Shown piece after piece: positions 1 through 12,830 of a DNA stretch of 64,000 nt. Source of the DNA: Takakia lepidozioides (Eukaryota > Plantae > Bryophyta); contig CM060734.1 in assembly GCA_030704615.1 (NCBI GenBank), positions 25,358,001 through 25,422,000 of the forward strand. The letters are read 5' to 3'. Each line of letters begins with the position of its first letter. Position 1 is the stretch's first letter. The position numbers and the translations under genes were made by a program. A model generated the notes under the pieces. It ran no database searches and was not told the DNA's origin. It saw nothing but the letters and a program-made list of their open reading frames with translations.

Positions 1-17
1 AGTCTGCAAATCCCCTC

Positions 18-1538
18 TCACCACCATTTCCATTGCCAAATTCTCCAAATGAGCTGGCATAAAAATTCCCAATCGTCCTCAAAATCGATGGGTTCCTCTG
101 CCCCATTGAAAGCTGCCTTCAGGATATCGCTATCATACAAATACCCATGACTAAGACTGTCGGCATGACATACATCCACCCAATATACAAGAATATGGCT
201 CCCCAACAGATATGGAGCTTGCACCGAGACATCCCTCAATCGCTCTAACTCCTCCAATTGAGCAGTTCATGTATTCTGCAAGGTCGCCATTTCTGCCTCC
301 GCCATAGCTTTTTACTTGTTCAGATCATCCTCCAACTTCACATATTGCTCCTCAGGATTCATCGATGTAGGAGGTCGCTTCTCCAATTCAACATTTTGCT
401 GCCGAGCCTCCGTCAATTGCTTGTCCAATTCAACAATTCGAGCATCATTGTGCTGTGATCGCTCCATTTGCATAACAGCCTCCTTTTCGGCAATAGTCTT
501 AAGATACCGAACGTCCCATGCCTTCCATTGCTCTCTCAAATCCTCAACCTCCCTGGCATCTGCGTCTGTCTTTTTCTTCAACTCATCCCAGCCTTTCTGC
601 AATTGCTGACTGTGCGATAGAGTTGCAGCATGGCTAACTCTCAAATCGATCAATTCTTTGCACGCATCATCATTATCGATGGCCTCTGCTGCTACCACCT
701 GCAGACCAGCAACCAAATCGCGGAGTCTGGCTGAAAAAGAAGGGTTTGTTTGGCTACCCACATCCTTTCCTGTCGAAGGAACAATTGCAGTAACAGTATT
801 GACTGTCGCAGGAGCTGCAGACTTCTCTCTCGCTGCACTCGTCTCTGGCTTATCGATTATTGCAACATCAGGTTCATCAGAAGGTGGCACTACCAATCGA
901 TGACCAAGGATCATAGACAAATAAGTTGCAGAGAGCAAGCCATCAGTCTTTCCGGCTCTCCTCTTAGCTAACAACTCTTCATGGATCTTTCCACACAAGA
1001 ACTCAGTCCAATTGATTCGCAATCCCTGAAAGGTTGCCACCATAGAATTCAATTGAGTCCTAGCCACGTATGTGGCCCTCTTCAGACTTAATCGACTCAC
1101 CGCAAATTTCAACCATTCCATCAAATCGGGTCTCTTCACCTTCTGAATTGTCCATCCGCCACTCTGATTGTAAGCAGTAGGACCTCCCGTGAAGTAATTG
1201 TCTGTATTAAAACTTGCATCTTTAAAACCATCGACCTCCTGCTCCGCTCCAGGCAATCATAACACCTCTGTAATCATCGGCTCATCAACCACAGTCTCCA
1301 CTCCATTGACTATTCCACTTCGCCTGAGAGGATCATAGGAATTGTAGTACTGCATAACCACTGACATAAGCGGTTTCGGCAAATCATTCCACAAAACAAT
1401 GAAGTCATGTACTCCTGCTTCCCTCCACTTCCTCTGCTACTCTCCATCGCCCAAAACTGAAGAAATGTCGCAAAGCTTCATGTCTGTCCCTACCATAGAA
1501 ACTGTTGGCAACAATTTGTTGCTCTTCGATCGCCCCAT
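18..1538 (-). pseudogene. Extra 3' ORF (eORF) of a non-chromovirus Ty3/Gypsy element; plant-transposon-protein-like N-terminus plus coiled coil, disrupted
   Basis: ATG at 1538 is in frame with ORF 312..1256 through two stops: MGRSKSNKLL...VVMQYYNSYDPLRRSGIVNGVETVVDEPMITEVL*LPG...INWTEFLCGKIHEEL, then coiled coil. The reading probably continues by frameshift into 18..257. It lies directly downstream of, and co-oriented with, the integrase at 1934-3180. Confidence 0.6.
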
Positions 1539-1933
1539 TGTATGCACACAGATTGATACACAATCACTCTTCCTCTTAGCCCTCTCAGTACCTACAAAAC
1601 GCAACCTCGCAGCCCGTCGCTTACACTCTCAAGTCCCGTGAACAAAAAATGAAAATCGAAAAAACGATGACACCTCAATGACAGTAGCGGCCCCACTCCT
1701 ATCCATTGATCATGATGGCTTAAACCTAACAGCTGTCACTATCTGGTGTAATCGGCAGTTCGTAATGAATACCCCTAACCATCTCTCATAATTGTTCTTT
1801 CTCTGCCACCTGAACTATACAGTCTGACCCTAACCATTCATGATGATATTGTACCATTATCGTTTTAAAAGACTCCATTTTAAAAGACCCCCACACCCCC
1901 CCACACTTAACCTAGATTCTGCCCTCCGAATTG

Positions 1934-4605
1934 CTAGGAATAATATAGTTTAGGCCGATCGCCATTAATGCGGGTATCCGATGGGTCTCCAAAAATCGTA
2001 GATAATTTTATCGATCCACTAGGAAAAGCTTCCACCACACAATACGGTCCAAGCCATCGCATTTTCAGCTTCTCGGGAAATTTTTGAAAACGATTGTCAT
2101 AAAGTAACACCAAATCGTGCACATTAAAGGCTTTGGGTTTAAGACGGCTGTCATAATAATCCTTCCGCCGCCGTTGCGTCACTCCAATCGTTTGTAAAGC
2201 GTGTCAACGAATTTCATCCAATTTAACCAATTGTAACAATCGAGTTGTAAGAGAGTCAGTATCGCCGATCTTCGATAGCTATACAGAGAGAAGGTATCTC
2301 CAACTCGATAGGCAATATCGCCTCTTGACCATAGACCAACTGAAAAGGCGTGAAACCCGTAGTAACCTTAAAAGCTGTACGATAGGCCCATAATGCAGAA
2401 AATAACTTCGTATCCCAGTCAGTACCAGTACCAGAAATAGTCTTTGTCAAAATATTGCATAAAAGCCCATTGGTCTTTTTTGTCTGGCCATTAGCCCTTG
2501 GATGATAGGGTGTAGTCTTACGATGCTTTATCATATATTTGGTGGTTAATTGCTCAATAGTGGAATTCAAGAAATGAGTACCACGATCGCCCACCAATTC
2601 CCGGGGACAACCAAAACAGGAAATGATGTTTACATATAAAAATTGAGCAACAACCTTCGTTGTATCAGTACGAGTAGTCATCGCTTCAGCCCACTTAGTG
2701 ACATATTATGTAGCAACGAGGATATATCGTTTCTGACCATTGTAGGAAACAGGGGCGATAGGACCAACAAAGTCAATCCCCCATTTTTCAAAGGGTGCCT
2801 GAGCAAGAATGGGAACTAATGGCATCGAACTCGATCGCACAGGCTTACCCACTCGCTGGCAAGCATCACAGCGACGAACATAGGCAAAAGCCTTTTTAAA
2901 TAATGTCGGCCACCAATAGCCCGATAGTAGCACCTTCCGGCCTGTTGCATCGCCGGCAAAATGGCCACCTCAAGAATTGGCATGACAGCCCTCCAATATC
3001 GTGGAAACCTCAACTTCCAAAATGCATCGACGTATGACTCCATCCTTCCCTAGTTTATATAGAGTTTCTCCAATAATCGTGTACGGGCAGATTTCTCAAC
3101 CAATCGGCGCTTCTGCTTGTCAGTGTACCCATCAGGAAATTGTAATAATGACAAATAGTTAAAGATAAGAGCATATTTTCCGGTCATGACATCAATGACA
3201 AATAATTGAGCTCACTGTAAACACAAAAATCATCAAGAAAGATTTCCTTGAACAACCGCAAATAGTCCTGAAAGGCGACAGTCATCACCCGTTGTAAAGT
3301 AACAGGGGCATTACAAAGTCCAAATGGCATAACTTTATAAGCATAAGTACCCCAATCGGTAGTAAAAGTAGTCTTAGGACGATCTTCCTCTGCAATCGTG
3401 ATCTGGTTGTAACCTAAAAAGCCATCAAGGAAGGAATAGCATTCATGCCCAGCAACTGCATCCAGGATAGTATTGGTAAAAGGCAAGGGAAAATAGTCGT
3501 TCCTGGTAATTGCATTAAGTTTCCGGAAGTCCTGGCACATCCGTACTTTGCCCGATTGCTTCTTTGGGACAACCACTATCGGCGACACCCAATCACTATA
3601 AGGCACAGGGTAAATGAAACCGGCAGCTAGCAATTTGTCCAGCTCTTCTTTCACCAATAGAGGATACTTAGGATTCAATTGATGTTGGCGTTGTTGCACT
3701 GGTATTGCTCCCTCCTCCAAAACAATACGATGTTGGCAAATTTCTGGGAGTACTCCCCAAAGATCTGTGTAAGTCCAAGCAAAAGTTGTGCGATGTTTCT
3801 GGAAGAATTCCTTCCACATACATAGTTCATTCGATGGAATCTCCGCATAAATTATGATTTCATTGGGCTCAACAGTAGTGTTCAAATTCAGGTACTGGTA
3901 AGGATCCTTCTTCACCAATGGAGCACGTATGTCATCAGCAGAATTATACCATGCGATATCTTTCGATGTGGAGGCCGATTCCCACTCAGATTTATGCTGC
4001 ACCATATAGGATGGTCGAGCCCCCTCCCAACGTAGAATAGCATTTGACAGAATCGTTATCAAAATTGCCGTTCCAGGGGTATTCTCCTAGATTTGCACAA
4101 TGATTTGCTGGCTACTTTTATGCTTAGGCTGAGCATCACTATCGGCTTCAGTCGTCTACCCTTCTGCTTCATATGTGAACTCAGACTCCTCCTCCTGAGT
4201 CTCCCCATGGTATGCCACCGGATACATTTGTTAAACTATTTTCGGGTTGCCTTTCCTCAGAGTCAATGTGCCTTTACCCCAATCGTTTTTAGCTTTAGAC
4301 TGGAATAACCATGGTCTTCCCAATAAAATCGGGTAAGAATAGGCAAAGACATTTAATCGGAAAACCACATAATCAATAATGTATTCGATTTCAGCAATTA
4401 TCGTAGGGACAGCAGTCAAGACACCCATCGGCTTAACCCGACTTTGATCAATCATTCGCAAGATCAATCATGTAGATTGCAGGCGACCAAGACCAAGCTC
4501 CTCCATCGTATCAGAGCTCATCAGGTTAACACTAGAACCGCCGTCAATTTGTACTCCGGTGATGACTACACCATCTATCGTCATATCAAGCACATAAGCA
4601 CCAGG
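1934..4605 (-). mobile_element. Degenerate Ty3/Gypsy pol (protease-RT-[RNase H deleted]-integrase), copy A
   Basis: Protease region (IDGGSSVNLMS...ILLGRPWL), RT (WVSPIVVVPKK, FLDGFLGYNQI, MPFGLCNAP, IFLDDFCVYS), integrase (GYWWP, CDACQR, WGIDFVGP, GDRGTHF, TPYHPRANGQ, GPY motif). Many frameshifts and stops. RT is joined directly to the pre-integrase region at ~3212. Confidence 0.95.
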
Positions 4606-4611
4606 GTCTAG

Positions 4612-5548
4612 ATTCAATTACAAAACAATGATACTAATCTATTCTATTGCTCTTCAGTCCTTCAACAAGACGATTTCTACCACCATTCGTCTTCATCTAA
4701 CACGATTAACATTCTTCCAGTCTCATAGATGTTCTCCCTATCTTCTATTAATTCTATTCCATTAGCAGAAGTTAGATACCATTGTTCTATCAAATTCTTT
4801 CTCAAATAATCTTCTTTATATAGGGTCAATAGTTCTTTATACCACCCTCTACTCACAAGCTGCAATTGAATAATTTCTATATCGCTGCAACAGAGTTTTT
4901 TAAATATCTCTTCGATAAATTATCTGGCAGACCAACAATCAACTCTAAGGGAAACTCCTCTGTTCTCTCATTAATGCACATTCTCTCTATCTCATACAAA
5001 GTATAATCATTCAACATTTCATTCAAAATTCATGCCATCAGTTCCATTACTTTGTTTCTTACACAGAAAAAACTTAATTGGATTTCTTTCTTTTCCTTCT
5101 TTTCTTCCACAAACAATAACTAAGACAGTATTGCAAAACTACGCTACCATTGATATAAGAGTCTACCACCTAACTTCTATAACTCCTACTCACACACACA
5201 CACACACCTACACACTCGCACTCTGGTCACGGCTCTCTGGCTCAACTGCCCTTGATTGATTCCACATATACTCATTTATAGAAGAATTGCCCAACAACTA
5301 TTGTAACTGCTTCTAACTCATTCTATTCATCCATTGCTATCATCCAATATCGAATAGAACCAAGTCATCCATCATTGCAAAGTATCGAGAAGAATCGTTC
5401 TATCACGGCTATATCGATAGTATTACAGAGTATATGGGCCGATAATACACTAAAAAGTCTTACGATTAAAATGTAATTGAAGTTTTCTATTATTCTACAA
5501 AAAAGGACCTTGACCTTGGGAAAATGAAAGAATAAAATTACTCTACAG
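4612..5548. repeat. AT-rich unrelated segment, probably an LTR/UTR fragment, between two divergent Gypsy pol copies
   Basis: Abrupt loss of pol homology on both sides; CA microsatellite at ~5191-5215; TATA-like sequence on the minus strand near 5275. Confidence 0.35.
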
Positions 5549-8500
5549 ATGTATCCAGTTACATACCATGGAGAGACTCAAGAGGTGGAGTCTGAGTTTA
5601 CATCGGAGGCAGAGGATTGGACTAGTCAAGCCGACACCAACACTCCAATGCTCCCACTATCGCCTAAGCATACGCGTAGTCAGCGGATTTTCCGATGCGC
5701 GGGTCCAGGTGAATATCCATGGCCTAGTGATTTTGATGATGATTCTGACGATGCTATTCTTCGATGGGAAGGAGCCCGCCCTTCTTTTATGGTGCAGCAC
5801 GAATCTGAATGGGAGTCGGCAGCCGTATCGGAGGACATTGATTGGTATAACTCTGTTGACGATAATCGTGCACCATTAATAAAGAAAGATCCATATCAAT
5901 CCTTGAATTTAGGCACTCGGAGTGAACCCAATGAGATAATTATCTCTGCAGAGATTCTATGTGGAAGGAGTTCTTTTAGCGAAATCAAACGACCTTTTCT
6001 TGGAATTACACGGATCTCTGCGGTGTTCCCCCAGAGATTTGTCAGCATCGCATTGTCCTAGAGGAGGGGGAAATTCCAGTGCGACAACACCAACATCGAT
6101 TGAATCCCAAGTACTCTTTATTTGTGAAAGAAGAGCTGGATAAGTTGCTGGCAGCTGATTTCATTTATCCTGTTCCTTATAGCGATTGGGCCAATAGTGG
6201 TTGTCCCTAAGAAGCAATCGGGCAAAGTGCGGATCTTTCAGGATTTTCAGAAGCTTAATGCGGTCACCAGGAAAGATTATTTTCCATTGCCCTTTTACCG
6301 ATACTATCCTGGATGCAGTTGCTGGTCATGAGTGCTATTCCTTCCTTGATGGATTTTCAGGCTATAATCAAATCACGATTGCGGAGGAGGATCGTGCTAA
6401 GACTACTTTTACCACCGATTGGGGCACGTATGCCTATAAGGTTATGCCATTTGGGCTTTGTAATGCCCCTGCCACTTTTCAACGGATGATGACTGCAGCC
6501 TTTCAAGATTATTTGCGATTGTTCATGGAGATTTTCCTGGATGATTTCTATGTGTACAGCGATAAAGCCACTCATGCTGAGATGTTGGAGTTATGCTTTC
6601 AAAAATGTCAAGATTACGGAATCTCATTGAATGCGGGGAAATGTCAATTTTTGGTCACTAAGGGGAAGCTATTATGCCATATTGTGTCTATCCGAGGAAT
6701 ATCGACTAATCCTACTAAGGTTGAAATCATTGTTCAATTACCTACTCCTACGACTGTGACTGAGATCCGAGCATTTTTGGGGCATGTGGGGTACTATCGT
6801 CGGTTATTCGCCGACATGTTGAGATTGCTTTGCCTTGACGCAATTGTTAAAGCACGATGCTGAACCGCAGTGGACGAGATAGTGTCAGCATTCTTTTAAT
6901 GAGCTGAAGGGACGATTGATAAAGGCGCCTATCTTGATTTCACCGATTGGAAAAACGAGTTTCAAGTTTATGTTGATGCCTCGAATTATGCGATTGGCAG
7001 TGTTTAAAGCCAAAATGATGATAATATTTTGATCATCCAATTTATTTTGCTAGTCGACAATTGGCTGCTGCAAAAATTAATTATACTACCACTGAGAGGG
7101 AGGGTTTGGGCATGATATATTCTGTTCAAAAATTTTGCCATTATTTATTGGGCTATCCTTTTATTTTTCATGTTGATCATGATGCAGTAAAATATCTTAT
7201 TAATAAACCTCAATTGAGCGTAAGGGTGGCTCGATGGGTTATTCTATTGCAGGAGTTTACGTCTAAAATTGTGGTACGCCTGGGCGTAAGCATGCTAATG
7301 CTGATCATTTAAGCCGATTATCGAAGGAAATGGGCGCAGAACCGATTGATGATTCTTTCCCTGATGTTGCTCTCTTTGTGGTTGATGTAATGACGGGTGA
7401 ATATGCCCTTATTTTTAATTATCTTTCATTGCAGCAATTTCCTAAGGGATATACTGATAAGCAAAAACGTCAATTGGTGGAGAAGACTGCTCCTAAGTAC
7501 ACAATTATTGGTGAGACATTCTATAAACTTGGAAAAGATGGAGTCTTGCGACGATGCATTCTGGAGGCAGAGGTTCCCATGATACTTGAGGGATGTCATG
7601 CCGATGCATGCGGTGGACATTTTGCTGGCGATGCAACAGGCCGCAAGGTTCTATTATCGGGCTATTGGTGGCCGACATTGTTTAAGGATGCATTTGCCTA
7701 TGTTCGTTGATGCGATGCATGTCAACGATTGGGAAAACCTCTCCGGTCCAGCTCGATGCCATTGGTTCCTATATTGGCACAGGCTCCTTTTGAGAAGTGG
7801 GGGATTGATTTTGTGGGCCCTATTGCTCCTGCTTCTCGTAATGGGCAAAAGCGTTATATTCTTGTTGCAACAGAGTATGTTACAAAGTAGGCTGAAGCGA
7901 TGGCCACTCGTACTGATACTGCCAAGGTGGTTGCCCAGTTCTTATATGAGAACATTATTTCTTGCTTTGGGTGTCCTCGGGAACTCGTGAGCGATCGTGG
8001 TACCCATTTCTTAAACTCTACCATTGAACAATTGACTGCCAAGTACATGATAAAACATCGAAAGACTACATCCTATTATCCCCGTGCTAATGGGCAGACT
8101 GAGAGACTAATGGGCTCTTATGTGGAATTTTGACGAAGACTGTTTCAGGTTTTGGTAATGATTGGGATACAAAATTGTTTTCCGCATTGTGGGCCTATCG
8201 CACTGCATATAAGGTGACCACGGGCTTCACTCCATTTCAATTGGTTTATGGACTAGAGGCGATTTTGCCTATTGAATTGGAAATCCCTTCTCTGCGAATA
8301 GCTATCTAAGCCGTCTGGGCGATACTGCTTCTCTATCGGCTCGTCTATTACAATTGGTCAAGTTGGATGAACTTCGTCGACAAGTGTTACAGACGATTGA
8401 AGTTACCCAATTTTGGCGCAATGACTATTATAACAGCCGACTTAAGTCCAAAACATTTAAGGCTCAGGATTTGGTGTTGCTTTGTGACAGTCGATTCCAA

Positions 8501-8554
8501 AAATTTCCAGGAAAACTAAAAATGCGATGGCTTGTCTGTATCACGTGGTGGAGG
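5549..8554 (+). mobile_element. Degenerate Ty3/Gypsy pol (RT-RNase H-integrase), copy B, same family as copy A
   Basis: ORFs 5549-8593 give RT (FLDDFYVYS), RNase H (VDASNYAIG, NYTTTEREGL, DHDAVKYL) and integrase (HADACGGHF, WGIDFVGP, SDRGTHF). Collinear with and highly similar to 1934-4230 on the opposite strand. Confidence 0.95.
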
Positions 8555-9540
8555 TCATTTCTGACACACAATGTGTCCCAAAAGAACTCTTGAGTTCACA
8601 CAGAAAGTACATTTCTCTGGATTCAATCCCAGACCCCTCATTCTGCACCTGACTAAGTATAGTTCCAGCTTCTGTAAATGCTCATTCTTAGAGCTATACA
8701 CACTGAAATCATCTAGGAACACCTGTATGAAGTCATCCAAACACTCATGGAATGACTCACTTATTACTCTTTGGAAGGTAGCAGGTGCATTACAAAGTCC
8801 AAAAGGCATGACTTTGTAAGCATAAGCTCCCCAATCTATAATAAAGGCAGTTTTTCCCTGGTCCTCTTCAGCTATTTGCACTTGGTTATACCCACTAAAG
8901 CCATCCATGAATGAGTACATTTCATGGCCTGCCACAGTATCCACTACAGCATCTGTGAATGGCAAAGGAAATGGGTCTTTCTTTGTGCAGTCATTCAGCT
9001 TCTTGTAATTAACGCAAACTCTCAGTTTGCCATTTTTCTTTGGCACTATCACAATGGGTGATAGCCATGTTGTTTACTCTATTGGGTATATGAATTTAGC
9101 TTCTGCCAGCTTCTTAATCTCTTCCCCAACCTTATGTGCATAGTTGGGATTCATCCTATATCTTGTTTGCTTAACTAATATAGAGCCTGGTTCCAACTCA
9201 ATTTTATGTTGGCAAATCTCAGGGGGTATCCCCTTCAAATCTTCAAAACTCCAAGCAAATACATTTTTGTATTTAATGAATAAGCTCTTAGCTTCCTCAA
9301 GGAATTCAGGTTCCAAGTCAGCTCCCACTTTTATCATCATTGGTTCCTCCTCAATTCCCACATTAACTTCTTTCACTTGCTCATCAGCTATGATGGTCCA
9401 CCCAGCCACTATTTCATCCTGTAAAGTAACTGTGGCTGGTTCCTCTAGGATTTCTATTTCTCCTTCTCTTTCATTATATAAATGTGGTGGGTAACTACTC
9501 TCTTCCTCCACTACTGGGTTTGCTATTGCTACTCCACAGC
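8555..9540 (-). mobile_element. Ty3/Gypsy RT fragment, different subfamily
   Basis: FAWSFEDLKGIPPEICQHKIEL, IVPKKNGKLRVCVNYKKLN, MDGFSGYNQV, MPFGLCNAPATFQR, FLDDFSVYS. Confidence 0.93.
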
Positions 9541-9544
9541 ATAT

Positions 9545-11530
9545 TCCTTTGAAAACCAGTTTCAAGATCTGGTGCATCGCGCCATGCCTGACAGAGTTGT
9601 TTGTGTTGATCCCCCATGCTCTCCTTGATGTACTTGTTGGTGTGTGATCAAAGACTTTGAGCCCAGTGAAAGCCACAGGTTCTCTCTCTGTCGACGAGTG
9701 GCACATCCTTCCCCTTTATTCCATACACAATGCGAATAGCTGCCCAGTTTTCTCCGGCTCCATCAGCCATAAACCCCCCAAAAAAGCGGTCGACGTTTGC
9801 CAGCTCGAGCCATTTGCTCGGTGTCCTGGACTTTCATCTCGCAGATGGCAATTGTCATCAGCTTCTAACAATTTGGCTCGTATACATGGCATGCAAGAGT
9901 CGTCCATCCGGGAACATGGTTTACATGGTCAAACATGATCCAGCTATTCTCCAAATCACCTCCAATGTTCATATGATCCACAAGATCGACCCCACTTCCA
10001 GGACCACCTGTCGACATTTTAAACAGGAAACACCTGTCATCCTCATTTCCTTGGCCAGGGAAACAGCTACCATGGATGTAATCATAGCCACACTTCTCTT
10101 TGTATTTGAGAATCTTAGTCCTAGGATCCCCTCCGTGGCCACCCTCCTCCCTCTGCTACCTCAAAGCGTACCTAAAACTGGGTTTCGACACGTGCGATAC
10201 TGCTTCAAGCAAATGGGTCATTTCGGAGTTTTCTAGCTTGCAGCGTGCCTTGCCGTCTTTGGATAGAACATGATCCTCAATGATCTTCCTTGCCGTTCTT
10301 ATTTGTATAACCTTTGGTGAATCTCCCCGCAAACGAGAGACCTCCTCCTTAACAATTGACATGACCTCTGAGGAGAGACTCCCTCAAGACAAGCTTGTTG
10401 CTGAAGGGTGTACGTGCTTTCCAAGGTGGACAACCGTTCTGGTCATATGATCTGGTCCAAGAACATAGAACATTTTCGATGGACACTCTTGCATGCACAT
10501 TGGTGGAATCCCACAAACGACACACACGACAGTAGACTTAGGTACATACAGTTGAGCAGAGAATGGCTTGTTGCTTGTTCCAGTCCAAAGAGTCTTGTTA
10601 GGAGCATGAAATCTTCGGCGGTAACGGCACGAGCCAGACAGACATTCCATTGCACCAAGGCATACAACATACCTGAACAACAGACAAACAACCAAAAACA
10701 GATATGTTAGATTTGGGAGGATGAAAGGGAATCTAAAGACAATGAATGAGAAAAAGAGATCCTTGCAACTGTATACAGGAAAACATACCTCACTGCCGAT
10801 TCTCCTCGAGGGAGGCCTGGGAGCTTGGTGTTTGTCGTTCTCGTTTTGCACCAAGGGTGCCCATCATACTTTCTGTACATACCTTCCATGCGACCAGCGG
10901 CACCAAGCTTTCCTGATGGGACATGTGGGAGCTCAAACAGAACGTCACCATTCACCTTCTCGGGAAAAAGCTGACTTTCTGACATTCCATTTTGCGGAAA
11001 TCAATCTTCGAGAGGTCGGATTTCTGAATGTCTTCACGGGAGGAAGATTTCTCAAATGGCTTCAGAAACACATTGTCTACACGGGAGTGCGAATTCTGAA
11101 ACTTCTTCAGAACCTCAACAATAGAGCTGAGAGAGTCCACCGGAGGAGGTGGTTCAGTTGCACCTGCCGAAGTTGATCGCAGAAATCTGCAATCTTCATC
11201 AGAGCTATCTGACAAGGTGATACTCTCTTTCCGTTTATCAAGCGGGGGATTAATGGACTCGTTTGTTCCCGAGTCTCTGTTTGGAAGCCCTCGGACAATG
11301 TAAGTCCCTCTCCCACATTTCAAACACCAAGTGTTGTTGCTCGATTTGGTTATCCTACAAGTGGTGACAACGTTGTCCTGCTCGTCTCGAACTTCCTCTT
11401 CGACAATTCTTGTGCCTGGGTGAATATTAAATCTCACTGTCAAATACTCGTTGTCAATAGTGGCCAGTCCCTGGATTGCCTCAACTTCGGCAACTAAACG
11501 ATCTGGAGGGCAGACCATTCTCACCATAGC
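9545..11530 (-). pseudogene. MULE-like transposase with GCM-like Zn-finger, copy 1 (frameshifted, 3' truncated)
   Basis: Stitched frames read DLSKIDF..KVNGDVLFELP..MYRKYDGHPWCKTRT..CLSGSC..CVVCGIPPMCMQECPSKMFYVLGPDHMTRTVVHLGKHVHP..CGYDYIHGSCFPGQG..DRCFLFKMST..NSWIMFDHV..LMTIAICEMK..FMADG..NWAAIR. Collinear with the copy at 50256-53451. FDH and MAD are the candidate first two catalytic Asp. Confidence 0.8.
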
Positions 11531-12016
11531 CATCGTTGAAAGGATTTGGGCTGAGAGACGAGGGAGCACTGAACCAACCAGACGTGCGTATATACTGACT
11601 GTCCTGCATATAAACTGCAATGCAAGGTGAGAGTGTCACCTGCTGATGTCAGTGTGTCTTGACTGCCACAATCTAGAGTGGTTTGTGGGGGAGAAGATAG
11701 GATAACAAAACCGTTAAAAGCATTAGCTCCACAGTACCGTTCGTCATAATAAATTCGGCATAATACCATTAAGGTCGAATGGTCGAGATCCGGTTAGAGA
11801 ATAAAATTACCGTTATTTGGACTGTCTGCAAGTTCTTAAAAATAAATTCGACGTAATATCGTTAAAGTGGAATGGTCGAGATCCGGACAAAGAATAAAAT
11901 TATGGTTATCCGTATTGACTGCAAAGTACCGTCAAAATAATATCGTTCAGTCTGACATAGTGGAGATCATGTCAGTAGAGAAGAGCACTTGACAATGTTA
12001 GACCTTGCCTTGGAAT

Positions 12017-12064
12017 GAGGGTTTCATTCTGGAGAGGGTTTCATTCTGGAGAGGGTTTCATTCT
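12017..12064 (+). repeat. 17-bp tandem repeat x ~3 (GAGGGTTTCATTCTGGA)
   Basis: Directly visible; lies in the divergent intergenic region between transposase copy 1 and ORF-X1. Confidence 0.9.
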
Positions 12065-12215
12065 CTGAATGTAGCCGTTGAAATAATTTTATGCGAATCT
12101 TGCGCGTTGCAGATCCGGGATCCAACTCTGAGTAGCACATCCCATATATGTAGAGAAATTCCGGATAAGTCTCCATGCACTTCATCCGCGTAAACATTCC
12201 ATATAGTCGCTTGAG

Positions 12216-12830
12216 ATGGCTTGTAACCATGTTGATTGCCCTCTTCGGATCGAAGGGCGAGAGAGTCTACTTCACAGTCTTGTGGCTGGAGACAGCGTTG
12301 TTGAGCTCGATGACTACTACGATGAGCGCACACGATACTATTTCAATTTTCGGGTCTTGCTCTGGGACCTTTACTGGGACAGGCCAACTCGGGGACAACA
12401 GTGGGTCATTGTTGTTAATGACAGCACAACCATCCGGACTGTCAAAGTTTTCAGAATGATTTGCTGTGTCGGCGAGATGGTGCAGGAGTATTCCCTCGCA
12501 TTTTGCCCTGTCCTTTGCCTTCCAAGGGCTGGGGAGGGGCTCCAGCTACCGGCATTTGGTCCCGGGAACATTCTTGTGACATTGCTGAACCTCGAAACTG
12601 GGTACGACATTGAAGTGCGGGAGTTTGACGGAACGACGGAGACACTTTCATCTGGCCTGCTTGAATATCTACATCTTTTCACGCATGTGAGTGAAGGTGT
12701 CCGCACATTGAACATTCAGAGGAGGTCGTCTAGCAATGTTCCACGCTGGAGATGGCAACCACTGCAAATTATCAACCTTATTGGAGAAGAGGAAGCCACT
12801 GTTGTGGAGCCTACATACTCCTTTGATTGA
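12216..12830 (+). CDS. Unknown 204-aa transposon accessory protein (ORF-X1), open reading frame intact
   Basis: ATG-to-stop ORF with globular composition, divergent from transposase copy 1; aligns along its length with the ORF at 55006-55570 in the second element. Confidence 0.7.
   Translation: MACNHVDCPLRIEGRESLLHSLVAGDSVVELDDYYDERTRYYFNFRVLLWDLYWDRPTRGQQWVIVVNDSTTIRTVKVFRMICCVGEMVQEYSLAFCPVLCLPRAGEGLQLPAFGPGNILVTLLNLETGYDIEVREFDGTTETLSSGLLEYLHLFTHVSEGVRTLNIQRRSSSNVPRWRWQPLQIINLIGEEEATVVEPTYSFD

Noticed and set aside
4677-4865. Endogenous viral ORF
   Set aside because: Short, with no recognisable viral motif; cannot be supported without a search.
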